Shown: positions 21,853 through 35,600 of the stretch, one piece after another
How the letters are laid out: each line of letters begins with the position of its first letter
How positions within the stretch are numbered: position 1 is the first letter of the stretch
Origin: Schmidtea nova
Lineage: Eukaryota
Length of the DNA stretch: 64,000 nucleotides
NCBI GenBank assembly: GCA_044892505.1
Contig: CM097883.1
Span: 314,526,001 to 314,590,000 of the forward strand
Direction: 5' to 3'
Translations under genes and position numbers: made by a program
Notes under the pieces: generated by a model
Seen by the model: only the letters and a program-made list of their open reading frames with translations
Told to the model about the DNA's origin: nothing
The model's database searches: none

Positions 21853-21902
21853 TAGGAAGCAGTTACGAATGTAATTATAAATCCATCTCTAATTATAATC
21901 CA

Positions 21903-24682
21903 TCTCTTGGTTGGATGGATTGTTTGATTGTTGATTGTTTTCTCTTTAATTTTTTTGCCTGGGATGCTGTCAAGGTGATTAGGTTGACGATCATAAGGAT
22001 ACTGAGAGTGTTGCTTATGATGATGGTAATGATCCATCCTTCTTGATTGGGTAATTTGATTTTTATAACTCTTTTTATAGTCTCTTTGTTCTCCTTCGGT
22101 AATCTTCGGATTTCTTCGAATTTCTTGGATTTGTAGAATTTGGGTTTGATCGTCTTCATCGGGGTTGATCTTTGTTGAGTTTTTGTGATTAATGCGGTAG
22201 CATTCGTTCTATTTGTGATTACTGATAAGGTTTTTCTATTGTTTGGGTTGTATTTGGTGTTGTTACCATTAATATTATATTCAGAATTGTTGCGGTAACG
22301 AGTCGATTTTCCATGATTCTGTTTAATACATTTACATTGATACACTGTCCGTTCATTCTCCAGTACGATTTTATTTACATTAGCGATTTCTCATTATTTT
22401 ATACAAACGTCACTACATTCAGTCTTTCTCTTTGCATTCTTTATGTTGAATAACAATTTCACATTCTTGTTTTATTCCCTCAAGGTGGTTAATTATTGTT
22501 TTAATTTTCTAGTTTTGTTCTTTGACACATTTCTGTCTATTCTGATCCAATTTCTTGGCTGAAGCTACTTGTTGGTTCTTTCTTCTCTTCGTTTTCCTTT
22601 CCCATTTTTACGCAATGTTCGCCTGGTTTTTGTAGGTTTCGCTAATTTTCTGGTGTCTTGCTGCACTTTATTCTGTCATTCTTTATATTTTAAAGTTCTA
22701 TAATGTATTTATCCCTGGTGGTAATAATATGGTTATTCATTTGATTTACATTATCTGATATATATAATCATATTCTGACATCTATACCATGACTGTTCTT
22801 TTCCCTTCGTATTGTCTTGCGTCTCTTAATTCATTCCATTTCTTTTCGTATCAAATGTCGTTTTGGCTTCATTTTAAATTAGCTCGATTGTTCCGACCAT
22901 TTCAAATATTTTAGTCCGATTATCATATTGGCTTTTCACTTTACACGTACCGTGTCTAATGAGGTTTAATCTACCTTCGTATTCCGTTGTGGGCATCTTT
23001 GAATTTCTTAGTTTAATATAGTCGAGTTTCATGTTTTCTTTTTTGGATCTCTTTTATGGGTTGATTTACCCATTTCTGTTCTGACTTTCTTAGTGAAGAG
23101 GCTTCATTTTTCGTGTTCTGGGTTTTACAGTGGACGAGCTTCATGATTTTTTGATTTTTTGATTTTGTTTTCTTTTTGAAATACATGTACACTGAGTTTA
23201 CATACATCTGTTTTATTACTGACATATACATTTCATTAGCTTTTTCCACAAATATTAATACCATATTGATACATATACATTGAATTGATTTTGCTATTTA
23301 CAATTTATCCACTTTGTTTCTTTTTACACTTCACTCTATACCGCCTCATCGTTTAGGGTGAGAGCTTTTATGGGTTCCACATTGTTTGCAATCTCGACGT
23401 ATTCTGATGTCGACTTTTGATAGTTTCGATTTTATTTCTCTTTTAATCTATTTATTTCTTGTATTGCTGACATTAGTTGGTTTTGATATCTGGTTTTGAT
23501 ATCTGGTTATTATTTCTTTTTGTATAATGATTTATTGTTAATAAGTGAGAGCTAATCGCATCATATTAGTCAATTGTGTCTCTTTGCTTTTAGCTTCTTT
23601 CATGAAGATTTTTTGTATTCTCCTGAAATTGTTTACTTGCTTTTCCAGCTTGTTGATTGTGTCATTTTTCCTTTCGTTCACGTTCCTCAACTGGTTTTGG
23701 TTTCCTTGATTCGCGTGTTCCTTGTTGTTTTGATCTATTATCGCCTGATTCCTTGCTTCGGTACACTGGGATGCCAAATGTCCTCCTTGTCTGCATTGGT
23801 AACATATTCCTAAATGCTGACGAGTCTCTTTGATTCGTTCTCTCTTGGGATCGTTTTGAACAATTCGATTTTCGTAATGCCTTTCTACAAGTTTGTTATT
23901 ATTATTTATGAATTCAGATTGCTTCGTTTCTCTGGTTGTCTTTAGTTTCATTTCGTTCGCGATGTTGTCTTTCTGATTTTGGTTTTCCTGTTTATTTTTG
24001 AGATTCCAACAATTTCTTATCATGTGTCCTTTTTTCCCACAGTTTTAACATCTTTGACTTCTCAAAACCTTCTCTCCATGTCCTTTTGTTCCACATTGGG
24101 TGTAATTTTATTCTTGAAACAACTGCTTTCTAAGTGTCAATGTCTTTGGCAATTTTTACACTATTCGTCTCTTATGTAGATATACTATTCTTTTGTCTCT
24201 TGTTGGTTTTTCTTTTCTTTCTTTTAAGTTTGATTTCTTTCTTCTACGTTTCCTGTTTGTTCATTTATCTTCTCGACTTCTGGAATTTCGTTTTTTTCTG
24301 ACTGCTTGCTGTCTTTATTTTTCGTAACAAGTTGATTTATCGTTATATTTTCAATTTTTTCAATTATTTTGCTTTCAATTATTGCTTTTCTGTTTAGTTC
24401 TTTTAGTTACTCGTTTCTATTTTTCTAAGCATATTGATACTTGGATTATTCTTTTCTTATTTTTCCCATACTTCTTCTAACTTTTGTGCCCTATTACTTC
24501 CATTTGCCATTTCCAATTTATCTGCCTTTAGAAGTTCTTCATTTATCTTTCTCCAAAGTTCCTCGTTGACACAGGTCTGCAATCCTACCAATTTGCTCCA
24601 TCTGAACTTTTCTTCACGAACTTCCTTGATTGTTGGCTTTTGTGGTTCTGATTGACAGCTTGTCATCATATTGATTCTCCAT
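21903..24682 (+). repeat. 2,780-bp direct repeat, copy B
   Basis: See copy A. Confidence 0.95.
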
Positions 24683-24948
24683 TTATTTGTTTCTGTTTTC
24701 CTTTCGTTTTTTCTCGCTTTTGCAGTTTCTTTTTACTGTAGTTTGTTCTTGTACTCATATTAACTGTTTTTTTCTTTTCCCTGATTGATCTAATCTTGAT
24801 TTTCACTTTTTTTTCTATAAAGTTGGTTTAATGAATCGACATTGCCAATAATTTTAGGGGCAATTGTCGATTCATTAATTTTATGTTTTATCACGCAAAA
24901 ATTAATAAATAAATTGAATAATACTTCGCGGTATTCCAGTTATTGAAG

Positions 24949-26157
24949 TTACTGTTGCGACTGTATAAAATGAACTGCTTCGTAATGGAAGTACAAAGAA
25001 TTTACTTTGAAAATATTTGGTGTTTGCGCATTTGGATTCGATGGTAAAATATATTGAACAACTTTGGTATCTGATATTATATCAGCAATTCTGAAAACAC
25101 ATGATAGATTTTTGTATGTGTTTCTGGATTCTTTGTAATAATCAAATAAAGAATTTAAAATCAACTGCCGGATATCCATATTAATGTTCCACGCTATTGT
25201 AAATAACGATATTGATTCAGATGTTGAAATAAATAATGTAAATAATTTTAACAATAATCGAGATTTCAGAGCGTTAGTATACGTAAATTGAATTACGCTA
25301 CAAATCAAAATTTGTGGAACTTGCATCATAGGTATTTCAAACGTTTCTGTTACCTCAATTAATAAGCTATTGCCTGACAATTTTAGAAGAGTTTCTATAT
25401 AATCAATATTTTTCCAGAATCCTATTTGACTTTCGATATCTTCGTCTTCAAATTTTATTTTTAGAACAGATTAGTCGCATTTTTTACGAGGCCATGACAA
25501 AAATTATATAGCTTCGGGAAAATAAAAAACACTCTTCAGGAATGAAAATTGACCAACTGAATTTCTCCAAAGTGAATAGAAAACGTTATTTGGAAAGGCG
25601 CTGAAACCGTGAGATATACAAATATGTAAAATTTCCATAGTTATTTCTTGAAATCCAGCATTTTCCTTTCCACCATTGTCTACTACATATGATCTTAACG
25701 AATCTAGAAGCTTTTGACGAACAAATTGATTCGCGATATTTACTGTCTCTTTGTTGGAAGATTGAAACAAGAAAAGTTCAAATGCTACTTGTTGAACTTT
25801 GTTAAGCTTAAGAACTTTCGAAATTTGAGGCAGCAACTGATTTTTTGGTTTATGTGAATGAAAAAACCGATCAATAGCCTGGATCAGCAATGTAGAAAAA
25901 TGAGGGTTGGATATTTTGGCATTGATTTCATTTAATAAAAGTTGGTATTTATACAAATCCTTAGTAGATTTATTTTCAGCAGACAGAGAGAAATCTATAG
26001 AAGAAAATAGAACACGAAACAAATGATGTTCAACATCGGATTTGTAATGTTTCACTAATTGATTAATTTCCAATGTAGTCTGTTTATAATTCTTTTTGTT
26101 AATCGACAATATAAGACTACTAATTTGATTAGAAGCAATATTCAAATTATCTGCCAT
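24949..26157 (-). pseudogene. CNOT1: CNOT1 (CCR4-NOT scaffold) N-terminal fragment, internally deleted and disrupted
   Basis: QISSLILSINKKNY, HLFRVLFSSIDFS, ISKVLKLNKVQQ, KLLDSLRSY and GFQEITMEILH parallel the CNOT1 N-terminus. FPNNVFYSLWRNSVGQFSF, FWKNIDYIETLLKL and IRQLIL parallel segments further into CNOT1. Stop at 25504; similarity is lost near 24950. Confidence 0.85.
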
Positions 26158-26399
26158 TCTTTCAAATGTTAAAAAAATGAACATTAAATTACTATTACGA
26201 AACTAAGTTTTTTTAAACGTACAAAACAATTTAAACCAAAACATTTTATAATTAAAACTTTTAATAATAAAAATAAGTAATAGTTCATAACAAAATGTTG
26301 GATTGTTTGACGGAGACACGTAGATTGAAAAAATAAATAGATTTTTCACATTGAGATTACCTAATTTTCTTCAAGAATTTATTAATATGGAAATATCAT

Positions 26400-28320
26400 T
26401 CTTGGTCTATTTTTTTCAATCTCTTGTTATTAATCGCTCTTTGATTGAATGGAACTGAAAGGGGAGGCCAATTGGATGGATTAGACAATTCATAAACAAT
26501 AAAGTTCGCTTTCGAAATTATTAGAAAACTTCAGCGCTTTGTTGCCATGGTTATTATTGACAGATTTAGATGGGCGCTGAGTATCAGTAGACGTTGTAAA
26601 AAAATCAGTATTTTTGAAAAGTATTTTCGATACAAGAATATTAGGAACAGATGTGAGAGAAGGAATGATTAGGAATGGAAATGATGTGACAACAGAACAT
26701 TACAGTTGGTACTTTCAGCTTTTTCAATTTCTTTGTCCTGTTTATTTTTATCTTTCATGGATGTTACATTTATGGATTTCGTTCTTCTCATTAGCCTTTT
26801 CATAAGTTCTTCGCTTTCGATGTTTAGTGCCGGTTCGAATACGTCAATTCTCTTTTGTACTACTTCGCTCTCTTGGTTATGGCAGTATTGATCTTTCGTC
26901 TTTTTGACTATTCTCATCATGTTTATTCTTGGGGTGTTTATTTGTTGTTGCTTTCTTCTTCCTTGTTTTATTCTTTCATCTTCTTGTTTTAGTCTCGTCC
27001 ATTTTAGTGCATGTCCTTTTTTGTTCTCTTGATTTACTTGATCGTTTTCGTTTTCTATTTTCCTCATTATGCTGAATTTTCTTTGGTTTGGTTGCTGCAT
27101 TCTCCTTGTCATCTTTTCGATTACCTCGTTTAGTCTCTAAACTTCTTGCATTAACCTTATTTCTCTGTTATTTGGGTTGTTGCTTATACTGTTGTTTTGG
27201 TTGTAGCTGTTTTTTCCGTTTTCATTGGCCTTTTGGTTTCTTTGTAGATTATTTTTGGTCCCACATTTTCGTACTATATGTTCTTGTTCGCCACAACTAT
27301 AGCATCTCCGTATTCCACATATATTATCAGAGTGTCCCCACATCTCGCACTTCTCGCAATATTGATTTTTATAACACTCACTCCTCGATTGTCCGGATTC
27401 CCAACATGTTTGGCATATTTTAGTGTTGTTCTGGGTTTATTACCGTTGTTGTCGTATCATCGTTATTTTCTTTCCTCGTTTGTCTGTTCCCAGTTCCTTG
27501 GTTTGTATTTGTTGACTTAATTTGATTCCCTTCGTCTTCTGATTCATTTGGTGTTTCTGTTACGATTCTGATGTTGTTTACCTTTATATGTAGCTCATAT
27601 CTATCTGCAATTTCTAGCGCATCGTCAATTGTTTTGCGTCCTTTACAACCCACTTGAACTCGAATATCTGGCCTTCTCAACCCTCGTACAAATATTGCTG
27701 TCATTAATTCTTCGTTTATAGGATTCTCTTTGTTGAATGCTAGTTTGGATAATTTCCTTAGTTCGCTTGCATATACTGCATTTGATTCGCTTTCCTTCTG
27801 CTTCTGTGTTGAAAAATCGTTGAATGTCGGTCTTAGTACTTTGTTTATTCCGAATGTTTATTGGGAAAATTCTTTTATTTCATCCCAATCTTTAAATGGT
27901 TTGGTTCCTACTTTTCCTTCTAGGTACAGATCTAACGCGCTATCTCTAAGGTTTAGTGGGATTCAACCGATTATTGTTTCTGGATCCCATTTATATACCT
28001 CGCCAAATACGCCAAATTCCTTTATAAACATCTCTAATCTACTAGTGTCTCCGTTGAATGGTTCGCCTTAAAATCTTTCTCTATATTCTTCTCTCCTTTG
28101 TGCTATTGACGTTGATAGTGTATCTGACTCGTTTCGTTTCCTTCGCTATTCATTTTCCTGTTTTTTGTTTCTGTTTTTGTTGTTTTATCTTCCGTAGAAT
28201 TTTCCGGTTGTTCAATTTGTTGGTTTTTTTGGAGTTTGATTCGAGGCTTGTTCTTGTTCTTGTTGATCGTCTTGAGAGTTTGTTTAAATTTCTCTGTTTT
28301 CTTTTATGCTCGATTCACTG
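26400..28320 (-). pseudogene. Decayed Gypsy gag
   Basis: EPFNGD.., AIFVRGLRRPDIRVQV and CYSCGEQEHIVRKC knuckle, with multiple stops and frameshifts. Confidence 0.7.
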
Positions 28321-29464
28321 ATTATATTCTGTGTGCCTTTATTGTCTAAACGTTTAAAAATTAAAATGAACAAAAGCGCATCAAGTATACACGTTAAAAC
28401 ACAAACATAACATAAAAACATTATTTACAAAATAAATTACAGATTAGAAGAAATTTACATATTTTCGTAAAGAATATTTCGATTTTTACCTTAAAAACTA
28501 ATAAAATACCAAAGAAAATTTATTTAAATAAAAATTTAACTAATTTAGTAAAAACCTTTAATTTAAAGTAAGTATTTTGGATTAAAATAAATTTATTTAA
28601 ATTTTCATAAAAATTTTACACAAAATACTATTTTAATTTTCCTTTAAATCCTAAAATTTAATTTTGTTCTTTATAGAACAATTTGTTTAAACGCGCTAAT
28701 AAAAATGACAAGAGAAAATAAGTATATATACCACCATCCCAAATCGAAAAAACAGAATTTGGGGTTACTAAAATTTTGATATTTTTACTACTACCAGAAT
28801 TTGCGTTTTTTACCAGAAACCTTACATTCTACAAACTCGGTGAAACGAACTTACGACTACCGAAATTTGCTATTCAAGTCTTTTACTTACGAGAATTTAC
28901 TAAGAGATTTGCACAGAGCCGATGAAAAATTTACGAATAACTTGCAGAGATCCAGAGAACTTTCCAGGACCCGTACATTAATAGTCAAAACTTCCGTTAT
29001 TCACCAAGTTCACTGCTACGGAATTCCACAAAAGCCGACTGATTCGCTATAACCAATTAACAATTAAGGAAACGTAAGAGATGTTTTCTAGTTTGGTATA
29101 GGATTTTGAGGATCATGTCCCCGATCGTCCCATATCATTTGTTTTTTTATAATCGCATTATTTTATTGACAATATATTTAATCCAAATTTGCTGATGTAT
29201 AATTGTAATTTCTTTCACATTTCGTTAAAATTATAATTTCATTCAAAAATGATTTTTGTTTTTAATCCTTTTTTGATAATTGTCATTTTACAGAATAATG
29301 AGAGGGAAATTTCGTCACATTGACCTAATGATTAAATCATAAAAGCGTTTTCATCAGTTTTCATTAGGGCTGCGGAAATTATCGATCAATTAATCGGTTA
29401 ATCTATCAAAAATAAATTAATCGATTAATCTTAAAAATGTTACATATTTAATGTTACATATAAC

Positions 29465-30415
29465 TTTTATCCAGTGTACCAGGTATAGTATATAACAAAA
29501 TCTTTCGACTTTGTTTTATACTTACCTGGCGCGAAGAGAAATTTTCGCGTCTCCTGCATAGCACTGATGAGAGCCAAAAGCTCGAAACTAGTCTGCAATT
29601 GGAGATTTGCACTGGGTATCACAAAAAATCACAAGCTTTACTTGTTAAAAACAAATAAGTCATCCAACAAATGTTTTTTTCAAAAGATAATTCAAGTAAT
29701 TGAAATAATGAAGCTAAGGCAGTCGGGTGCGCTTGAAAACAGTTTCTGTTGAACACTTTTAGTGCGCAGAGGCGAAAATGAAATTCATACGCCATGTTTG
29801 CAAGTTACAGATTATCTGTAGGACCTTGCATATTCAAGTGATGTTTTATCCAGTGTACCAGGTATAGTATATAACAAAAATCTTTCGACTTTGTTTTATA
29901 CTTACCTGGCGCGGAGAGAAATTTTCGCGTCTCATGCATAGCAATGATGGGAGCCAAAAGCTCGAAACTAGTCTGCAATTGGAGATTTGCACTGGGTATC
30001 ACAAAAAATCACAAGCTTTACTTGTTAAAAACAAATAAGTCATCCAACAAATGTTTTTTTCAAAAGATAATTCAAGTAATTGAAATAATGAAGCTAAGGC
30101 AGTCGGGTGCGCTTGAAAACAGTTTCTGTTGAACACTTTTAGTGCGCAGAGGCGAAAATGAAATTCATACGCCATGTTTGCAAGTTACAGATTATCTGTA
30201 GGACCTTGCATATTCAAGTGTTGTTTTATCCAGTGTACCAGGTATAGTATATAACAAAAATCTTTCGACTTTTTTTTATACTTACCTGGTGCGGAGAGAA
30301 ATTTTCGCGTCTCATGCATAGCACTGATGAGACTCAAAAGCTCGAAACTAGTCTACTATTGGGGATTTGCACTGGGTATCACAAAAAATCACAAGCTTTA
30401 CTTGTTAATATTTAT
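29465..30415 (+). repeat. ~380-bp tandem repeat, ~2.5 copies (retrozyme-like)
   Basis: Near-identical units with a 379-380 bp period, each containing a hammerhead core. Confidence 0.92.
29555..29600 (+). ncRNA. Type I hammerhead ribozyme with intact core (degenerate copies at ~29935-29980 and ~30315-30360)
   Basis: ATAGCA-CTGATGA-GAGC-caaaa-GCTC-GAAA-C-TA-GTC-TGC: canonical CUGAUGA/GAAA/GUC core, 4-bp stem II and minimal stem III with palindromic ACTAGT. Predicted cleavage after C29593. Confidence 0.85.
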
Positions 30416-30525
30416 ATGTAAAGATTACTTAGCACTAGACTACCACTTAACGAAACAATGTACAAATACCGTCTTTAATCCAATAGGTTAAATATGGTTC
30501 TTAATATGTTATTCATTATTCAAGG

Positions 30526-30765
30526 TTACAAGAAAATCATATTTTGATTATACGAGATCTTATAAAACATAATATTATAAGAATTCGGAACCTTCGACAT
30601 AAATGTATCCGTAGTAGGGTCGTTGAAGTTCTTGTCAGAACAAATAATTCTATTGTAAACTAAGCAACACAGCTCATCCTTCGCGGTCTTAGTGAAATAC
30701 TCTGGATAGCTTTCAACGAACTTTGTGATTCTCTGTATTTGATTTGATTTCTTAATGTATGTCAT
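30526..30765 (-). pseudogene. Fragment resembling the N-terminal zinc-binding region of a DNA transposase
   Basis: FVESYPEYFTKTAKDELCCLVYNRII resembles degenerate C2H2/BED-like transposase N-termini. Weak. Confidence 0.3.
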
Positions 30766-32631
30766 TATGGGTATAAATTAAAAATATTTGTAAATTTGGG
30801 CAAATGAACAGCAATTTAATTCCATTTTGATTTTTATTTCATTGCAGTTCAATTACCGCAATTAACAAATATATCATAAATAAAAATTTTTAAAAATTAA
30901 GAAAATTGACTTTTTTTGACCGGTCGATAAATTTAATTGACAATTTTGACAATGGCTGCCCTAGTAATAATATTTATTTATATACAACATTAATTATTGT
31001 TTATTCGTATAGTTTTCACCCAATACACAATATGACGAGCAATGGGAGTAATGATCAAGTTAAGCATCTAACAGGGAAGTTAAACAAGCATTTTGTCTTT
31101 AAGCTAACTACTCATGACAAAGTAGGGGATTGCGAAATAGTTTACTGCATTCATTGAGACAAACAATTTGCATTCCGCGGTTCAAAAGATTCTCTCACGT
31201 ATCATCTTAAACACAGACATCTGTTGAAATTTCAAGAACGTGCTGAAATTGATCGCAAGAAACAATCTCAAACTCAAGCAATTACGAACTTCATGTCATG
31301 CCAATCAAATAAGCCCGTAAACGCCAAAATTTCAGATGAATTAAAAAATATCATTGTGTATTGGATTGCAAGTTCAGGACGACCGACTGAAATAGTGGAG
31401 GATTTTGGACTTTAGAGGATAATGTGCACTCGGAAAACCAGACTTACACGATGCCAAGTCGCCGTGATTGAGAGAATTTACGAAGAGAAGCTAAACGAGC
31501 ACAGAAATGCTATTGAAAGGGGTTGAATGTATTGCACTTGTCATTTATTTTTGGACATCAACCAACAATGAATCGTACTGTAGTATAACCGGACATTGGA
31601 TTGATTCGGAATGGGCGCTGAAATCAGTTACCCTGGGTTGTATGCTTGTTGATGAACGCCATACTGTCGAAGATGTTGCCAGTTTCTATAGTGAATTCGC
31701 AAAAAATTGGAAAATATCCAAAAATATTTTGTATGGTACCAGATAGCGCTCATAACATAGTTTCTGCCATCAGAAAAACAAGATGTAATCACATACCATG
31801 TATAGCTCACTGCCTTCGAAATAGCATACTGGCTGGGTTGAAGTCGGCCGATTCACAGCCAAATATGGCAAAATGTCGACTATTAGTGGGTCATATTTAA
31901 CACAGTCCAGCGAATACTTCTGAATTAAAGAGTAGTTATTCAAATGTCAGATAATTGAATGTCAATGAAGTATTCCTCAAACTGCAGCAGGATGTTTCAA
32001 CTAGTTGTAACAGTACATATATGATGTTTGTCAGATTAATTGAAGTTAAAAATTCCATAAATCAGTATCACATTGATTTATGGTCTACAGTGGTCTACAG
32101 TGGTCCTAAATAGTTTGAGTTAGATTGGGACAAAATTTCAAAATTTACAAAATTATTGACCACCATATTGGATGCTACGGAATATATTGGTGGTGAAAAG
32201 TATGATACATGATCAGCTGTTATTCCTCTAAATCTTTTTTTTGCGTAAGATGTTGAGTAGTAATGATGAAGATCCTAGTTATACCTCTCGTTTTAAATAT
32301 ATTATATAACACGATTTCATGACTCGAATTGCAAGTATCTCCAAGCATTTCCAATTTTTCAAATGGCAGTAGTATTAGATCCGTAATATAAGATACTAAC
32401 TTGTTTAAGTCGACAATAGCGTGAAACCGTATAGATAATATTGTCCAATGAATTTGAACATTTTATGAAAAGAGGCAGTCTTCAGAACTTACTACAGACT
32501 CCCCAAAAGATAATAATGAGGCGTCAACCGAACCCACTTCAATAAAGGCCAAACTTACTCTATTGAAAAGTGATTCTGAATCAATTGGATCATCCAATGA
32601 ATTATATGCAATACATGGAGCCCATACAGAA

Positions 32632-35600
32632 TATCATAATATTGTCAATGATAATTAACAATAATCGTGTTAATTATTGTTTTAATATTTTGTTTAAATA
32701 ACTTATCATTTTATAATAAATATAATTTGAATATTAAGAATTCTTATGCGTGCATTATAACAATGGCGTCACGATTGGAAGAATTGAATCTAGATGACAA
32801 CATCAATGTCGAAATATGGTTAACCGCTTTTGGTGCGATGAGTCGAGCCAATAAGTGGGTCGACAGTGACAAATCAAGACAAATCATGGACAACTTCCTA
32901 TCTGTATGTGGACTGAAGGCACTCACGAAAATCCAACATATGGCTTCTCCCAAATTGCTAGAGGAGATGACGTTCAGCGAGATCAAAGTCATGCTATTGA
33001 ACCACACACAGCCGAAAAGCAAAGTTGTAATAGCTGAGAGAGCAAGATTTTATCAGCTAAGACAGGAACCGAAAGAGAAATTAGCAGATTTCTATATCAG
33101 ACTCAAGAAAGCTGCTATATATTGTGACTTCAAGAAATTGAAGGAATCAACTGACCCCAACGAGGATATGCTCCTCATGGCATTGATATCGGGAATATAT
33201 GACATCAATGCTAAGGAAAAGATTTTGCTGCAAATGAGTGCTGGGATTCCAACATGCAACGAGATCCTCGCACAAATGCAAACATATGAGGAGATATCGA
33301 CGTTCATATCCCTCCAGCATGGAACAAAACTTACAATTACCTCTACGACCGATGAAATCAATTTCACTAAAAAGAAGAGATCAAACCTTGGAACATCAAG
33401 GAAATTCGAAGAGAAAGGAAATCAAAGGTGTCATTACTGTGATCGAATACACGAGCCAAAGAAATGCCCGGCATATGGAAAGAAGTGTACGAATTGCGAC
33501 AGAATGAATCATTTTGCGAAAGCCTGCAGATCTTTGACAAAGTCGATACACGGAACATTCGCAGATCAGACATCGTCAGCCGATAAAAGTGATACGCAGT
33601 ACATCAACCAGTTCACTTCAAATAATAATACAAGTGACATTAACCCTGTCCTCTTAGGTACAACGATAGTGAAAATGCAAAAAGATACCGGCGCATCTGT
33701 ATCAATCATATCATCCAAGATGTGGGAAGACATGGGAAGACCGAAGCTTGACAAGACAAGAAGAAAGCTTGAAGCCTACGATGGGCATATCATGCAATGC
33801 CACGGCTCGTTTCTGACAACTGTGGAATGGGAAAAGCAAGTGCTTCCGGTAACAATCACAGTCATTCAATCTATGAAGGACTTCGGACTAATAGGAATGG
33901 ATATACTGCAGCAGACACGACACGGAATCTTACAGTGTCAAATCACGAAGACAACAGAATCTCAAGTGTTACCAGCAATCAAAGGTATAAAAGCTTCTAT
34001 GGATTTAATCGACGATGCGAAGCCTATGTTCTGTAAGGCTAGGCCAATACCATTAGCTTTAGAAAACAAGGTCAACGATGAACTAATAAGGTTACAGCGA
34101 TTAGGAGTAATCTCTCCGTGCACCAAACCCGTACTGAATTCTTCGCCCGTGGTTTGGGTAAAAAAGAGCAATGGCGACCTCAGATTATGCGTTGACTTCA
34201 AAGTGCATATCAATAAAAAGATAAAGACCGATGCATACCCCATTCCGAACGTCGAAACAATTTTCTCAAAACTAAAGAATGCCAACAAATTTGCAAAGCT
34301 CGATCTCACATCGGCATATTGGCAGATAGAATTAGACGATAAAGCAAAGGAGATATCGTGCATAAATACGACAAAAGGTATGTTTATTGTAAATAGATTA
34401 CAGATGGGTATGAAGAACGCTGCTGCAATCTTTCAAAGGACAATGGAGCAAATACTTAAAGATATCAAAGGAATACTAATCTACCAAGACGACTTACTGA
34501 TTTATGCCGAGAATGAAGAATCACTAAGGAATAGACTGCAAACGGTAAAATCGCGCCTAAAAGAGAAAAAAGTTACAATCAACCAAGCAAAGACTATTGA
34601 ACTTACCAGTAGTGTTTCCTTCTTGGGTTTCGAAATATCGTCAAAGGGTATCACACCTGATAAAAGTCTCGTCAGCAAAATAAACAATATAAAAGAACCA
34701 ACATGCAAGGAGGAAGTAGAATCTTTCATCGGGTTAATTAATTACTTTGGTAGGTTAATTCCAAATTTTTCAGACAAAACAAGAGTAATCAACGAATTGA
34801 GAAAAAAAGGTGTAAAGTTCGATTGGAACAAGGAATGCTCGAACCAGTTCAAAGCACTAAAACAAGAAATTTCAACGTATCCAGTTGTGCAACCTTACAG
34901 CCTCGAAAAGGAAGCCACATTGACGACTGATGCATCTAAACACGCCATAGCAGCTGTCCTAACCCAAGATGGCCATCCTGTGATCTACATTTCCAGAACA
35001 CTTTCGGCTGCCGAAAAAATTACTCTAACATAGAGAGAGAGGCTTTAGCCATAGTATGGTCTATATCTAGACTACAACACTTCTTATTAGGGAGGAAATT
35101 CAAGGTGAATACAGACCACCAACCACTCCAATCCCTATTCGGTAGCGAATCACCGATTCCAAGGCGAACATCCAATCGAATTTCAAGGTGGGCCATGCTG
35201 TTGATGCAGTACGATTATGAAATATACTATGTTATGGGAAAGCAGATCCCGCATGCAGATGCACTATCAAGACTAAAATTCATCGATGAAAAGGAAGCAA
35301 ACGAGGAAATCAAAACCAAGAACACATTGAGTGTTTTCACGGTCCAGTTTAGCGAGGGCTTATTAAATGCCTCAGAGGTCAGATTGGAAACATCGCTAAA
35401 CGAGTTGGCCAGAGATATCATGCGTCGCATCAAGAAAGGCAATTGGTCGAAGTGCTCACAATCAGAAATGCCATTCAAGAAAATATCAGACCGACTAACA
35501 ATTGAAGATGGACTGATTTACCACGGGTCACGTCTATTCATTCCACCAAAACTAAGGAAGAAATGCATTGACATAGCACACAATGAGACACATTCTGGTC

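Larger units (their letters stand above)
16458..21902 (-). mobile_element. NeSL/R5-type non-LTR retrotransposon (Ulp1-like protease, RT, CCHC, restriction-like endonuclease), probably 5'-truncated
   Basis: RT motifs (SPGIDG, WRPIAL, GVKQGCPIS, LAYADD), CRRCHDEDETSSHVLQSC and ERVDLL...LVDLKCP (PD-D/ExK). Ulp1-like HW..DP..Q..DCG. One ancestral ORF broken by an in-frame TGA (21093-21091) and a frameshift at the homopolymer near 20150. Confidence 0.9.
29364..30963. mobile_element. Possible hAT-type non-autonomous element enclosing the ribozyme array
   Basis: TAGGGCTGC at 29364 and GCTGCCCTA ending at 30963 form an imperfect TIR, with CGATTAATC-type subterminal motifs. The 8-bp flanks match only 5/8. 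Confidence 0.3.

Noticed and set aside
29518-29529. U1 snRNA 5' end (ATACTTACCTGG) in the 380-bp repeat
   Set aside because: The rest of U1 (stem-loops, Sm site) is absent, and the motif is explained as the 3' arm of a hairpin with upstream CCAGGTATAGTAT.
29567-30132. Repeated ~61-aa ORFs in the 380-bp units
   Set aside because: They start within the ribozyme core and have no protein features; by-products of the repeat.
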